From an uncultured Lachnospiraceae bacterium (GTDB lineage Bacteria > Bacillota > Clostridia > Lachnospirales > Lachnospiraceae), in NCBI GenBank assembly GCA_948470755.1, contig CAOKPU010000006.1:7723-71722 (forward strand): DNA of 64,000 nt, written 5' to 3'. The position numbers and the translations under genes are program-made. The notes beneath the pieces are model-generated. The model searched no databases. It worked only from the letters and a program-made list of their open reading frames with translations, and was not told where the DNA came from. Below are positions 1-8,223 of the stretch, in pieces (position 1 is the stretch's first letter; the number at the start of each line of letters is the position of its first letter).

Positions 1-389
1 ATGACGGGTCTTATGGAAGAAGCGGGATGGTAACGCAGACCATTAAAGATTTGGTGGACGAAGGGAAGCATTATGACGTATGTGTGGCAATCGGGCCTAT
101 GATCATGATGAAATTTGTCTGCAAGATGACAAAAGAGCTTCAGATCCCTACGGTGGTAAGTTTGAACCCGATTATGGTAGACGGAACCGGGATGTGCGGC
201 GCCTGCCGTGTGACGGTGGACGGGGAAGTGAAATTTGCCTGTGTGGACGGGCCGGAATTCGACGGTCATAAGGTGGACTTTGACCAGGCGATGAAACGCC
301 AGCAAATGTATAAAACAGCGGAGGGCAGGGCGGCCTTAAAGGAAGAAGAAGGCGATACCCACCATGGAGGCTGCGGGAACTGCAGTTAA
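1..389 (+). CDS. C-terminal part of an NfnA-like / sulfide-dehydrogenase-like FAD/NAD(P)-binding electron-transfer subunit (5' end outside the window)
   Basis: The reading frame is open from nt 3 (..DGSYGRSGMVTQ..). It has a CGACRV Cys motif and a C-terminal Cys cluster, and lies directly upstream of a GltD/NfnB-like gene. The family was assigned from motif recall only. Confidence 0.65.
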   Translation, partial: DGSYGRSGMVTQTIKDLVDEGKHYDVCVAIGPMIMMKFVCKMTKELQIPTVVSLNPIMVDGTGMCGACRVTVDGEVKFACVDGPEFDGHKVDFDQAMKRQQMYKTAEGRAALKEEEGDTHHGGCGNCS

Positions 390-481
390 AGGTAAGCGGC
401 TGTTTCTAAAGAATTGCAGCTTGTGTATAGAACAGGCGGCAGCGGCAGATGGTACATAAGGCGATGAGAACGGAGGTTAGG

Positions 482-1867
482 ATGGACGTATTAAAGAAGG
501 TGCCTGTACGTGAACAGGATGCGAAAGTGCGCGCAGCCAATTTTGAGGAGGTGTGCCTTGGATATAATAAAGAAGAAGCGATGGAAGAGGCCGGTAGATG
601 CATTAACTGTAAAAATGCGCAATGCATCAAAGGATGCCCGGTAGCGATTAATATTCCCGGTTTTATCGAGAAAGTAAAGGACGGGGATATCGAAGCGGCT
701 TATCAGGTGATCAGCGCTTCCAGCGCGCTTCCGGCGGTCTGCGGACGCGTCTGCCCTCAGGAAAGCCAGTGTGAGGGGAAATGCATACGGGGTATTAAGG
801 GGGAACCGGTTTCCATCGGCAAGCTGGAACGTTTTGTAGCGGACTGGGCGAGGGAGAATGGGATAAAACCCGCCGGCGCCAAAGGGAAAAACGGTAAAAA
901 AGTGGCGGTGATCGGATCCGGGCCGGCAGGGCTTACCTGCGCCGGGGATCTGGCGAAAATGGGATATGAGGTAACGATTTTTGAAGCCCTGCATGAAGCG
1001 GGAGGCGTGCTTGTGTACGGGATTCCGGAATTCCGTCTTCCAAAAGAGGATGTGGTAGCCAAAGAGATTGAAAACGTAAAGGCTTTGGGAGTAAAGATAG
1101 AAACGAATGTAGTGGTAGGCAAGTCGGTGACGATTGATGAGTTGATGGAAGAAGAAGGATTTGACGCAGTCTTTATCGGTTCCGGCGCAGGGCTGCCCAA
1201 ATTTATGGGTATCCCCGGGGAACAGGCAAACGGTGTGTTTTCTGCCAATGAATATCTGACAAGAAGCAATTTGATGAAAGCATTCGATGAAAAATCCACT
1301 ACGCCGATCATGCGCGGGAAAAAGGTAGCGGTAGTAGGCGGCGGCAATGTGGCAATGGATGCGGCAAGGACGGCGCTGCGCCTTGGGGCGGAAGTGCATA
1401 TCGTTTACAGAAGGAGTGAAGAAGAGCTTCCCGCCAGGGTGGAAGAAGTGCATCATGCAAAGGAAGAAGGGATTATCTTTGATTTGTTGACTAACCCGGT
1501 GGAGATCCTGGCAGATGAAAACGGCTGGGTATGCGGTATGACTTGTGTAAAAATGGAATTAGGGGAGCCGGATGAATCGGGAAGGAGAAGGCCGGTGGTA
1601 AAGCCTGGTTCGGAATTTGTCATTGAGGCGGATACCGTAATCATGTCTCTTGGAACATCCCCTAACCCGTTGATTTCTTCTACCACAAGCGGATTGGAAA
1701 CCAATAAGTGGAAATGCATTGTGGCTGATGAGGAATTTGGCAAGACAACGAAGGAGGGCGTATATGCCGGCGGCGATGCCGTTACGGGGGCTGCTACGGT
1801 AATCTTAGCTATGGGTGCGGGAAAAGCCGGGGCAAAGGGCATCGATGAATACTTAAGAAACAGGTAG
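482..1867 (+). CDS. NfnB / GltD-like NADPH-dependent oxidoreductase (glutamate synthase small-chain family; Fe-S plus FAD/NAD Rossmann domains)
   Basis: The ORF runs 449..1867. The ATG at 482 is preceded by GGAGG at 472-476. It has N-terminal Cys clusters (CINCKNAQC, CPQESQCEGKC) and two GxGxxG motifs (VAVIGSGPAG, VAVVGGGNVA). Confidence 0.85.
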   Translation: MDVLKKVPVREQDAKVRAANFEEVCLGYNKEEAMEEAGRCINCKNAQCIKGCPVAINIPGFIEKVKDGDIEAAYQVISASSALPAVCGRVCPQESQCEGKCIRGIKGEPVSIGKLERFVADWARENGIKPAGAKGKNGKKVAVIGSGPAGLTCAGDLAKMGYEVTIFEALHEAGGVLVYGIPEFRLPKEDVVAKEIENVKALGVKIETNVVVGKSVTIDELMEEEGFDAVFIGSGAGLPKFMGIPGEQANGVFSANEYLTRSNLMKAFDEKSTTPIMRGKKVAVVGGGNVAMDAARTALRLGAEVHIVYRRSEEELPARVEEVHHAKEEGIIFDLLTNPVEILADENGWVCGMTCVKMELGEPDESGRRRPVVKPGSEFVIEADTVIMSLGTSPNPLISSTTSGLETNKWKCIVADEEFGKTTKEGVYAGGDAVTGAATVILAMGAGKAGAKGIDEYLRNR

Positions 1868-1897
1868 CCTTGGATCAGGCTCCTTCTCATATCATAG

Positions 1898-2130
1898 GAT
1901 CCGGGCGTCAAAAGGCCCATCCGGCGGCCCCGCCTGGCAGATGGCACAATAGATTTGTGTACACTCTGTTGCACGGGACATTCCAATGAGCCTCGGAAAG
2001 CGAAAATCGTGTTCAGCAGAGGCTTCCACGATTTTAGAGTCTCATCTCCATCGTGCAAAAGCCGTTTGCACAAATCTATTGCGCCATCTGCCAGGCGGGG
2101 CCGCCGGATGGGCCTTTTGACGCCCGGATC
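1898..2130. repeat. 233-bp near-perfect palindromic element (62-nt arms at 1898-1959 and 2069-2130 with 1 mismatch; the degenerate inner arms continue the hairpin)
   Basis: The reverse complement of 2069-2130 equals 1898-1959 except for one A/G. The element sits between the stop codon at 1867 and the terminator at 2148. The outer ~55 nt recur at 45735. Confidence 0.9.
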
Positions 2131-2147
2131 TTATATAAGAAATAAGG

Positions 2148-2186
2148 CAGCCGTCAGTTTTGCGAAAAACAGGACGGCTGTTTTTG
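2148..2186 (+). terminator. Rho-independent terminator of the nfnAB-like operon
   Basis: The stem is CAGCCGTC...GACGGCTG, followed by TTTTT. Confidence 0.7.
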
Positions 2187-2321
2187 CCTATGCCTGGCAT
2201 GGATGATGGCAAAAGATAAATGATAAAAAGGTTAAGAAAACATTAATAAATTTCCCACCATCAAATTAAAACAAGGCATGGTATAATGGCAGTTAGAGAA
2301 GAAAAATACGGAGGAAAGAGC

Positions 2322-2627
2322 ATGGTACATCATATCGTTTTATGGGATTTAAAAGAAGGACTAAAGGAAGAGGAGAAGAGGGAAGCCGCCGCCGCTGTCA
2401 AGGCTAAGCTGGAAGCTGTAAAAAATAAAGTGGAAGGGGTGGTTTCCTTAGAAGTGATTATTGACGGCCTGCCTTCCGGGAATAAGGACATCGGGCTGAT
2501 CTCATCCTTTCAATCGGAAGAAGCGCTGAATGCTTACCAGACTCATCCGGCCCATGTGGAGGCGGCGGGTTATGTAAAAAGCGTTACATGCAACAGGACA
2601 TGCTTTGATTTTAAACAGCCGGAATAG
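2322..2627 (+). CDS. Dabb (stress-responsive alpha/beta-barrel) family protein
   Basis: The ATG at 2322 follows GGAGGAAAG. The protein begins MVHHIVLWDLKEG and carries a ...AYQTHPAHV... motif typical of Dabb domains. Confidence 0.75.
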   Translation: MVHHIVLWDLKEGLKEEEKREAAAAVKAKLEAVKNKVEGVVSLEVIIDGLPSGNKDIGLISSFQSEEALNAYQTHPAHVEAAGYVKSVTCNRTCFDFKQPE

Positions 2628-2685
2628 AGGAAGGACGGCACCTATCCATATAGGTAAAAAGCGTGGGAATGAGGAATGATTTAAT

Positions 2686-3792
2686 ATGAAAGAAAATAAA
2701 AATGCAAATTTATTGACTCTGGGGATTGCCGTTGTGTTGATCCTGATTATCTGCGGCATCAGCGTAGTCGTCCATCTGCTGAACGAAAAGGAAAGCCTAA
2801 GTACGAGTAGTATGTTGCAGGAGGATATTATAGAATACGCAAACGCTTCCCAGGAGCAAAGCGTGACGGCTTCCGATGTTGTTAAGGAAGAAAAAACAAC
2901 GGGAAATAAAGACGAAGAAGGACAAAAAGGGACGGACGGGCCGCAGGAGCCGGAAAAGGCGCAAGCTTCCGGGGAAGAGCAAGAGCCTGCCGTCATAGTA
3001 AAAGAAGAAAAGGTTCCTGATAAGACGATCATGGAAGAGACGGGGGAAGAGACGGCTTCGCAGGAGGGGCCTACAACGGCAAAATGGCAGAAAGAAGCCG
3101 GGGAAAACCTTGCGGCGGTAGAAATTGACCTGCCCAGGCAAATGTCCGAAATGAAAGGTTATTGGGAAGCCGGGAATATGGAAGCAGTGGAAGATCTGGC
3201 ATACTTGCCGAGATATCGCGCGGCTTCTGAAAAATTGAGCGGTACAACAAAATATTATTATTTTGGCGATACGGATGAAAATAAACGTCCGAACGGTAAA
3301 GGGCTTGCAATGTATACGGATAACCAGTATTATTATGGCGAGTGGGAAAACGGTGTCAGGAGCGGAGGCGGCATGTGGGTGAAGTTCTATGTGTATGACC
3401 AAAATGCAAAAGCAAAGGACAGCATTTATCTGCAGCATAGTTATTCCGGCACATGGGGAAATGACCTGCCAAACGGGGACGGCGCGGAACACTATGACTT
3501 TATTGATGAGAACCTGGAAAGCAATGTAGGCTATAATCGTAATTTTATAGGAAATTTTAAAAACGGCCTTTATCATGGGGAAATCTATATTACTAATTAC
3601 TACAGTGACGGCAATTCTAAGGAATGGAGCGGCACTGCAAAGGACGGAGTGTGGCAGCCTATGGGGGAAAAGGATCAAAAAGGCCAGTTCCCTGTCATTG
3701 TTGATTTGACCGATCCGGATAATTACCAATGGATGGCGGAGAAAGCCAATCGGAATAACGGCGTGGATGGGATCATATCCGCCGCGAAATAA
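2686..3792 (+). CDS. Membrane-anchored MORN-repeat-like protein
   Basis: It has an N-terminal TM helix, a low-complexity acidic linker, and repeated YxGxWxNGxxxGxG-type motifs (YYYGEWENGVRSGGG, GTWGNDLPNGDG, GNFKNGLYHGE). Confidence 0.55.
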   Translation: MKENKNANLLTLGIAVVLILIICGISVVVHLLNEKESLSTSSMLQEDIIEYANASQEQSVTASDVVKEEKTTGNKDEEGQKGTDGPQEPEKAQASGEEQEPAVIVKEEKVPDKTIMEETGEETASQEGPTTAKWQKEAGENLAAVEIDLPRQMSEMKGYWEAGNMEAVEDLAYLPRYRAASEKLSGTTKYYYFGDTDENKRPNGKGLAMYTDNQYYYGEWENGVRSGGGMWVKFYVYDQNAKAKDSIYLQHSYSGTWGNDLPNGDGAEHYDFIDENLESNVGYNRNFIGNFKNGLYHGEIYITNYYSDGNSKEWSGTAKDGVWQPMGEKDQKGQFPVIVDLTDPDNYQWMAEKANRNNGVDGIISAAK

Positions 3793-3812
3793 ACAGTCAG
3801 GGAGGGAAAAAG

Positions 3813-4679
3813 ATGCCTTGGTGTCCAAAATGCAGGAATGAATATGTGGAAGGGATAAAAGTCTGCGCCGACTGCAAAACGGCCTTAGTGGAATCTTTGG
3901 AGGAAGGGGGCCGTATCCCCTTGATTTTCGGAGAGAAAGGACAGATGGAAAGGCTGAAAGGCTTCCTTACATATTCCGGATTCGTTACAGCGGATATATC
4001 GGAGGATGAAAAAGAAGGAGTATATGAATTATATATAGAGGAAGCGGAAAGACAGAAGGCCGGGGCTGCGGTAAGGGTGTTTTTGCAGCAGGAAGCGGAA
4101 GCGGCCGGTAAAGCGGAAGGCGTTTTTCAGGAGGATGCACAGGAAGATACGGAAGTCGGAAAAGCACAAGAGGGGCTGGGGCCGGGGAAAAAAACAGGCA
4201 GCAGCTTTTATCAGGACAGTGCAAAACAGGCGGCGGATAACCGTTCCTCCGGTTACATGCTGATAGTAATTGGCGGCCTTGGCCTGGCGGCGGTTGGCAT
4301 GATAGCGGCAGGGATCATCCGCCTGCCGTCCGGCATGATAAATAAGTATATGCTCTGTTTTGTCATGGGGGCTTTATTCCTTTTATTCTTTATTATGGGG
4401 ATTGTTGCTGTCAAATCCTCCAAGTCGCTGGAAAAAAAGGCGGAGACGGAAAGCATCCTGTTAAGCGAGATAAAACAATGGTGCGGGGAGAATATTTCTG
4501 CAGGAAAAGTCGATGAGGATCTTTTCTGGGGGGAAGAGACGGGGAAAGAAATCAAATATTTTAAACGTACGGATAAAATGAAGAAGATGATTGCCCGCCA
4601 GTTTATGAATCTGGACGATGGGTTTTTAGACTCTTTTGTAGATGATTATTATCAGACGGTTTTTGAAGAAGAAGCTTGA
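3813..4679 (+). CDS. Zinc-ribbon membrane protein of unknown function
   Basis: The N-terminus carries CPKC...CADC, there are two central TM helices, and an RBS (GGGAGGG) lies upstream. Confidence 0.5.
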   Translation: MPWCPKCRNEYVEGIKVCADCKTALVESLEEGGRIPLIFGEKGQMERLKGFLTYSGFVTADISEDEKEGVYELYIEEAERQKAGAAVRVFLQQEAEAAGKAEGVFQEDAQEDTEVGKAQEGLGPGKKTGSSFYQDSAKQAADNRSSGYMLIVIGGLGLAAVGMIAAGIIRLPSGMINKYMLCFVMGALFLLFFIMGIVAVKSSKSLEKKAETESILLSEIKQWCGENISAGKVDEDLFWGEETGKEIKYFKRTDKMKKMIARQFMNLDDGFLDSFVDDYYQTVFEEEA

Positions 4680-4736
4680 AAGTAAACTGCCAAATATTGA
4701 TGGATATGTGCGCCGAAGCACGTAAGAGGTATAAGC

Positions 4737-5216
4737 ATGAGAATCACAATCATAGCGGTAGGAAAGGTAAAAGAGAAATTTTACCGGGATGCTTTTGCGG
4801 AGTATGAAAAAAGGCTTGGAAAGTATTGCCGTGTGGAAGTGGTTGAGGTAGAGGATGAAAAGACCCCGGACAGGGCGGGGGAATCTTTGGAAGATCAAAT
4901 CAAGGAAAAGGAAGCGCTGCGTATTTTAAAATATGTCAAAGAGGAAGCCCATGTGATCGCGCTTGAGATACAAGGAAGGAAAATGGATTCCGTCGCTTTT
5001 GCCAAGAAGCTGGAAAAATTGGCAACCTATGGAACCAGCCATATCCAGTTTATTATTGGCGGCTCTTTAGGGCTGCATGATAAGGTGTCTCAAAGGGCAG
5101 ATGAGAAGATCAGCTTTTCGGATATGACATTTCCTCATCAATTAATGCGTATCCTGTTAGCGGAGCAAATCTACCGAAGTTACCGCATTATCTGCGGGGA
5201 GCCGTATCATAAGTAA
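4737..5216 (+). CDS. rlmH: 23S rRNA (pseudouridine1915-N3)-methyltransferase RlmH
   Basis: The protein is 159 aa, begins MRITIIAVGKVKEKFY, and has the SPOUT C-terminus ...FPHQLMRILLAEQIYRSYRIICGEPYHK. Confidence 0.9.
   Translation: MRITIIAVGKVKEKFYRDAFAEYEKRLGKYCRVEVVEVEDEKTPDRAGESLEDQIKEKEALRILKYVKEEAHVIALEIQGRKMDSVAFAKKLEKLATYGTSHIQFIIGGSLGLHDKVSQRADEKISFSDMTFPHQLMRILLAEQIYRSYRIICGEPYHK
5196..5216. repeat. Left direct repeat (attL-like) GGGGAGCCGTATCATAAGTAA, covering the last rlmH codons
   Basis: It matches 11388-11408 at 20/21 positions. The first 17 nt are perfect and the single mismatch is G/A at position 18. Confidence 0.85.
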
Positions 5217-5224
5217 GTGCGAAA
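5214..5224. repeat. Left terminal inverted repeat TAAGTGCGAAA
   Basis: It is the perfect reverse complement of 11367-11377 (TTTCGCACTTA). Confidence 0.6.
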
Positions 5225-5270
5225 CCGGTTGGAAGTCTCTGGAAATAAAAGAGAATAAGAGTTGTATTTT

Positions 5271-5306
5271 TAACCCCATGGGAGTGTGCGGCTTCCATGG
5301 GGGTTA
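5271..5306 (+). terminator. Hairpin downstream of rlmH, inside the element (possible surrogate terminator)
   Basis: TAACCCCATGG...CCATGGGGGTTA forms a stem with one bulge. The T-tract is weak. Confidence 0.4.
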
Positions 5307-5382
5307 TATTATGACTTTGCACAAAATTTCTATAGTGAAAATTTATATTATTGTGAAATAAAAAAGAAAAGGGGTGATAGGT

Positions 5383-5460
5383 ATGCACGCAGGAATCTTT
5401 TTAGGCGCATGTGCCGCAACGCTGGGTGTATTGGTGGCACTGGAAACCGCAGCAGCTTAA
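5383..5460 (+). CDS. Candidate 25-aa hydrophobic peptide (MHAGIFLGACAATLGVLVALETAAA)
   Basis: The ATG lies 6 nt after AAAGGGGTGA, and a hairpin plus T-tract (about 5491-5525) lies downstream. It is too short for the ORF track and there is no homology evidence. Confidence 0.3.
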   Translation: MHAGIFLGACAATLGVLVALETAAA

Positions 5461-5544
5461 CAGCAAAATTGTATAGGAGCAAAGAAAAGAGGCAGGTAGC
5501 AGGAATGTTATCTGCCTTATTTTTGTGCAAAAAGGAGCATAAGA

Positions 5545-6246
5545 TGGAACGATATACAACCAACACAATGATAATAGAACGGAAAGGCATTTTTGATAAG
5601 AACAGGAAAAAACGGTTTGAGCTGACTATTTACCTGCAAGGACAGCAAACAGAAGAAATGTATTCTGGTAATCGGCCTCAATCCTGCAAGTGATGATATC
5701 AGCAGGCTGGACACGACAACGACTTTTATCCTGAATAATCTGATTCCAATGGGATATGGCACAATTACGATCTGCAATCTTTACGGGGAACTGTTTAAAC
5801 AGCGTTTAAAGCCCCAAGAAGTGCCGAACAACAGGGAGAACCGGAAATACCTGGAGGAAGTGTTAAAACGCGGATTTGATACCATTCTGCTTGGATATGG
5901 CAATACCTTTCTGACCAATAAGTTTGTAAACGGGGAAAAAGAATATTTAAGAAAACTGTTATCGGATTATAAAGAGAAAGTAGTGGATATTGTGGATGAC
6001 AAGGGGGAGTATGAAAGACTGACGGCAGTTCATCCTTTAATGGCAGGAAGATATTTTCCAGACAGGTGGAGGCTCCGGCCTTTTGTCTTTGGGAAGGAGG
6101 AGACAGAGAAATCAGAAAATCCAGGTAACGGAAAGCCGTCAGAGAAAGCGAAGGAATCCCAAAAAGAGGAAGGAGAAAACAAACCAAATGAAGAATGCAG
6201 TACGAATCAAGACCATGAGCCAGTGGTATCTGCTGAAACAGTTTAA
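5545..6246 (+). pseudogene. DUF1643-family gene interrupted by a +1 frameshift (about 5625-5655)
   Basis: The N-terminal part (MERYTT..RFELTIYL) reads in the frame of ORF 5286..5693, with its ATG at 5545 after AAGGAG. The remainder (KKCILVIGLNPASDD..GYGTITICNLYGE..LLGYGN..HPL) reads in the frame of ORF 5749..6246, which is open from about 5625. The LNPS/NL motifs are typical of DUF1643. Confidence 0.65.
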
Positions 6247-6568
6247 CGATTATCTGGGAAAGAAACGAGTTCCCGAAGAGGTAATGAGGGCAATCTGCCA
6301 TATCCTTTATTCAAAAGAATTAGGGAAAGACGGCTATGTGGTTCTGTGCCTGGATAAGATAGCAGATGATTTCTATGGGATAGAGGACGCAGTGGGAATG
6401 TACCCAAACAAACTGAAACTGTCAGAGCGCATAGACGAGATACGGACGAGGAGCAGGAAAGGAAAAATCCGGAGCTGGTATGTGTCATACATAAAAATAA
6501 AGAGGCAGAAGATTCGCCTCATCTATACAACGAAAGGCCAGGGCGATTACAGGAGGGATGGAGAATGA
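6188..6568 (+). CDS. Hypothetical basic protein (start at 6188 or 6215)
   Basis: It is the in-frame part of ORF 6083..6568 lying downstream of the DUF1643 body. Its stop overlaps the next start (ATGA at 6565-6568). No domain was recognised. Confidence 0.45.
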   Translation: MKNAVRIKTMSQWYLLKQFNDYLGKKRVPEEVMRAICHILYSKELGKDGYVVLCLDKIADDFYGIEDAVGMYPNKLKLSERIDEIRTRSRKGKIRSWYVSYIKIKRQKIRLIYTTKGQGDYRRDGE

Positions 6569-7302
6569 CAGGGATTCGGTTTCAAAGCTGGGAGTATTTC
6601 TTATGTTATGTGCAGAAAAGGGAAAAGACTGCACAGGAGAAGGAATGGAGCAATACTTCCAAGTTATTTGATGTGGACTATCTGGAAGCGGATGAGTGGG
6701 AAGGGCTTCAGAAGATGTTATCTGTTACGGATTACGAAGAATTGACAGCAGAGAAGCGTGTGGCTGAGGTAAGGTCATTCCATGTGCCGGAAGAAACAGG
6801 CCGGATGATTTTCTATTCTGTGGGAGAAGAAGATACAGAGGGAGGATATCTGTGCATGGGTTATGGGTTCGTAAATGGAATGGACGTAGAGGATAAGGCC
6901 AACCGATTTGTGCCAATGCCGGAGAGACAGGAGAGGGAGAAAGAATTTTACTATATTGGAACGGAGAATGATTACTGGGAGTATTACCCAATTCTTCAAA
7001 TGTATTTACCAGAGAAAGTGCTGGAATACCTTGCTTGTCAGGTAGACATACTGGATGGCAATTATGGGGCAGACCGGGATGTAGAAGGGGGAATGGGCGG
7101 CTTTTGCGCTGTTATACCCAAAATGGATGAAGCCGCAAAGAAAGCCTACAGTCAGATACTGGAAAGACATTATATCCAGGAATCCATGTACGAATACCTT
7201 GATACGGTCACGGTTGACGGTAAATACTGGGCAGAAGTTTTGTATCTGACGAACAATGACTATGGGATTGTCTTAATCTATCAGAAGGGGGTGGAAGCAT
7301 GA
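6565..7302 (+). CDS. Hypothetical acidic, aromatic-rich 245-aa protein
   Basis: The ORF is clean and is translationally coupled at both ends (ATGA overlaps at 6565 and 7299). No domain was recognised. Confidence 0.6.
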   Translation: MTGIRFQSWEYFLCYVQKREKTAQEKEWSNTSKLFDVDYLEADEWEGLQKMLSVTDYEELTAEKRVAEVRSFHVPEETGRMIFYSVGEEDTEGGYLCMGYGFVNGMDVEDKANRFVPMPERQEREKEFYYIGTENDYWEYYPILQMYLPEKVLEYLACQVDILDGNYGADRDVEGGMGGFCAVIPKMDEAAKKAYSQILERHYIQESMYEYLDTVTVDGKYWAEVLYLTNNDYGIVLIYQKGVEA

Positions 7303-7445
7303 TTTTAGGATTATTAACAGCAGTGGGAAGTGCCATAACATCAACGGTCATCATTGAATCCATGACGACTGGCATTGGTTTGGGAATTTCTATCTATACG
7401 GCTTCAAAGTGTGCAAGACAGAGTGGCAGGACACGGAGAAAGTAA
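7299..7445 (+). CDS. Candidate 48-aa membrane peptide with a basic tail (MILGLLTAVGSAITSTVIIESMTTGIGLGISIYTASKCARQSGRTRRK)
   Basis: Its ATG overlaps the upstream TGA (ATGA), and a strong terminator follows it. It is below the ORF-track length cut-off. Confidence 0.45.
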   Translation: MILGLLTAVGSAITSTVIIESMTTGIGLGISIYTASKCARQSGRTRRK

Positions 7446-7451
7446 GGGAAA

Positions 7452-7494
7452 AGACTATGTGGGGTGGCTGATAATTCCCACATAGTCTGTTTTC
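7452..7494 (+). terminator. Rho-independent terminator of the four-gene operon
   Basis: A 12-bp stem AGACTATGTGGG / CCCACATAGTCT is followed by GTTTTCT. Confidence 0.65.
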
Positions 7495-7871
7495 TAACTT
7501 AAATTTCTGAATCTATATTTCGCATGATTTATTCCCGGATACTGTTTTGAATAATTGCGATATTGTTAGAGTTGGTGTAATTTTAATCCTTTCGTTATTT
7601 CCTTTTGCTGCGAGATAAAAAAGCAGTTTTTTTAAATTATTTTTTCAGCAGTAGTAAAAGTTATTTTTTTTATTATATTTTATGAAGTGAAGAATTTGTA
7701 AGACATCATATATTTGGAATGTCTGCCAGCAACAATATCAGACAGCCCAACCACTTATCAAGACGGTTAAGAGAATTGGAAACCGGTTTGTATTATGCGG
7801 GAATCTCTGTGGAGATAGGAAGAATGAAAGGGGAGCGATTTATAAAAATTTATAAAAAAGATATGGAATAA

Positions 7872-7999
7872 GACGATAAGGACAATAAGGACGATAAAAA
7901 ACAGAAAAAACAGACAATATGAAAAAGTTATCGCCAATAAAAAAAGTATTGCTATAAAAAATATTTTTTGTTAAATTATCGTCCTTACCGTCCTTATTG
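7872..7999. repeat. Inverted clusters of (A/G)(A/G)TAAGGAC repeats flanking an A-rich spacer
   Basis: 7872-7897 reads GACGATAAGGACAATAAGGACGATAA. The reverse complement of 7976-7999 reads CAATAAGGACGGTAAGGACGATAA. About 78 nt of AT-rich sequence lies between them. Confidence 0.7.
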
Positions 8000-8223
8000 A
8001 CCTGGTTTAAATAATCATGCCTGTGTGTGGGAGGAATAGGAACAGTGAATGATCGGAAATCGAATGAATGATTAGAAATGGTTATGACAATTCTGTCACA
8101 ACTTATTGTTGAATTTTATTCCAAAGAGAAGGAATCGTAAATACATAGGAAAATTCAGACAGGAAAAGATTTGGCTCCTGGTCTGGGAAGGCGACTGGAA
8201 TATATATTATAAATTTGAAATAA

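Noticed and set aside
491-1456. Long antisense ORFs opposite well-supported genes (for example 491..1456 -, 21563..22351 -, 37295..37990 -, 54400..55764 -, 50511..49876 -).
   Set aside because: They lie fully inside strongly supported genes on the other strand. Their composition is biased and repetitive (Arg/Ser/Phe/Pro-rich) and they have no recognisable motifs, so they look like shadow ORFs of purine-rich coding strands.
1453-2206. ORFs 1453..2073 (-), 1955..2206 (+) and 45168..45791 (-) share the peptide RRGRRMGLL(T/V)PGSY.
   Set aside because: The shared peptide is just the translated arm of the palindromic repeat (GGATCCGGG..GGCCCATCCGGCGGCCCCG). There are no RBS sequences, and the ORFs overlap real genes or terminators.
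6083-6187. An N-terminal extension of the second operon gene (MSLGRRRQRNQKIQ..).
   Set aside because: The extension lies entirely inside the DUF1643 coding frame and is Arg/Lys/Gln low-complexity sequence. The internal ATGs at 6188 and 6215 are more plausible starts.
7719-7871. A 50-aa ORF (MSASNNIRQPNHLSRRLRELETGLYYAGISVEIGRMKGERFIKIYKKDME) in the ORF-free region.
   Set aside because: It has no Shine-Dalgarno sequence upstream and no recognisable domain. It could be a remnant of a degraded gene, so it was not called as a CDS.
7872-7999. Possible CRISPR array or tandem repeat (AAGGAC units).
   Set aside because: There are only two or three 9-bp units per cluster, arranged as an inverted pair, with no spacer/repeat periodicity and no cas genes. 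They are better described as inverted binding-site-like repeats.
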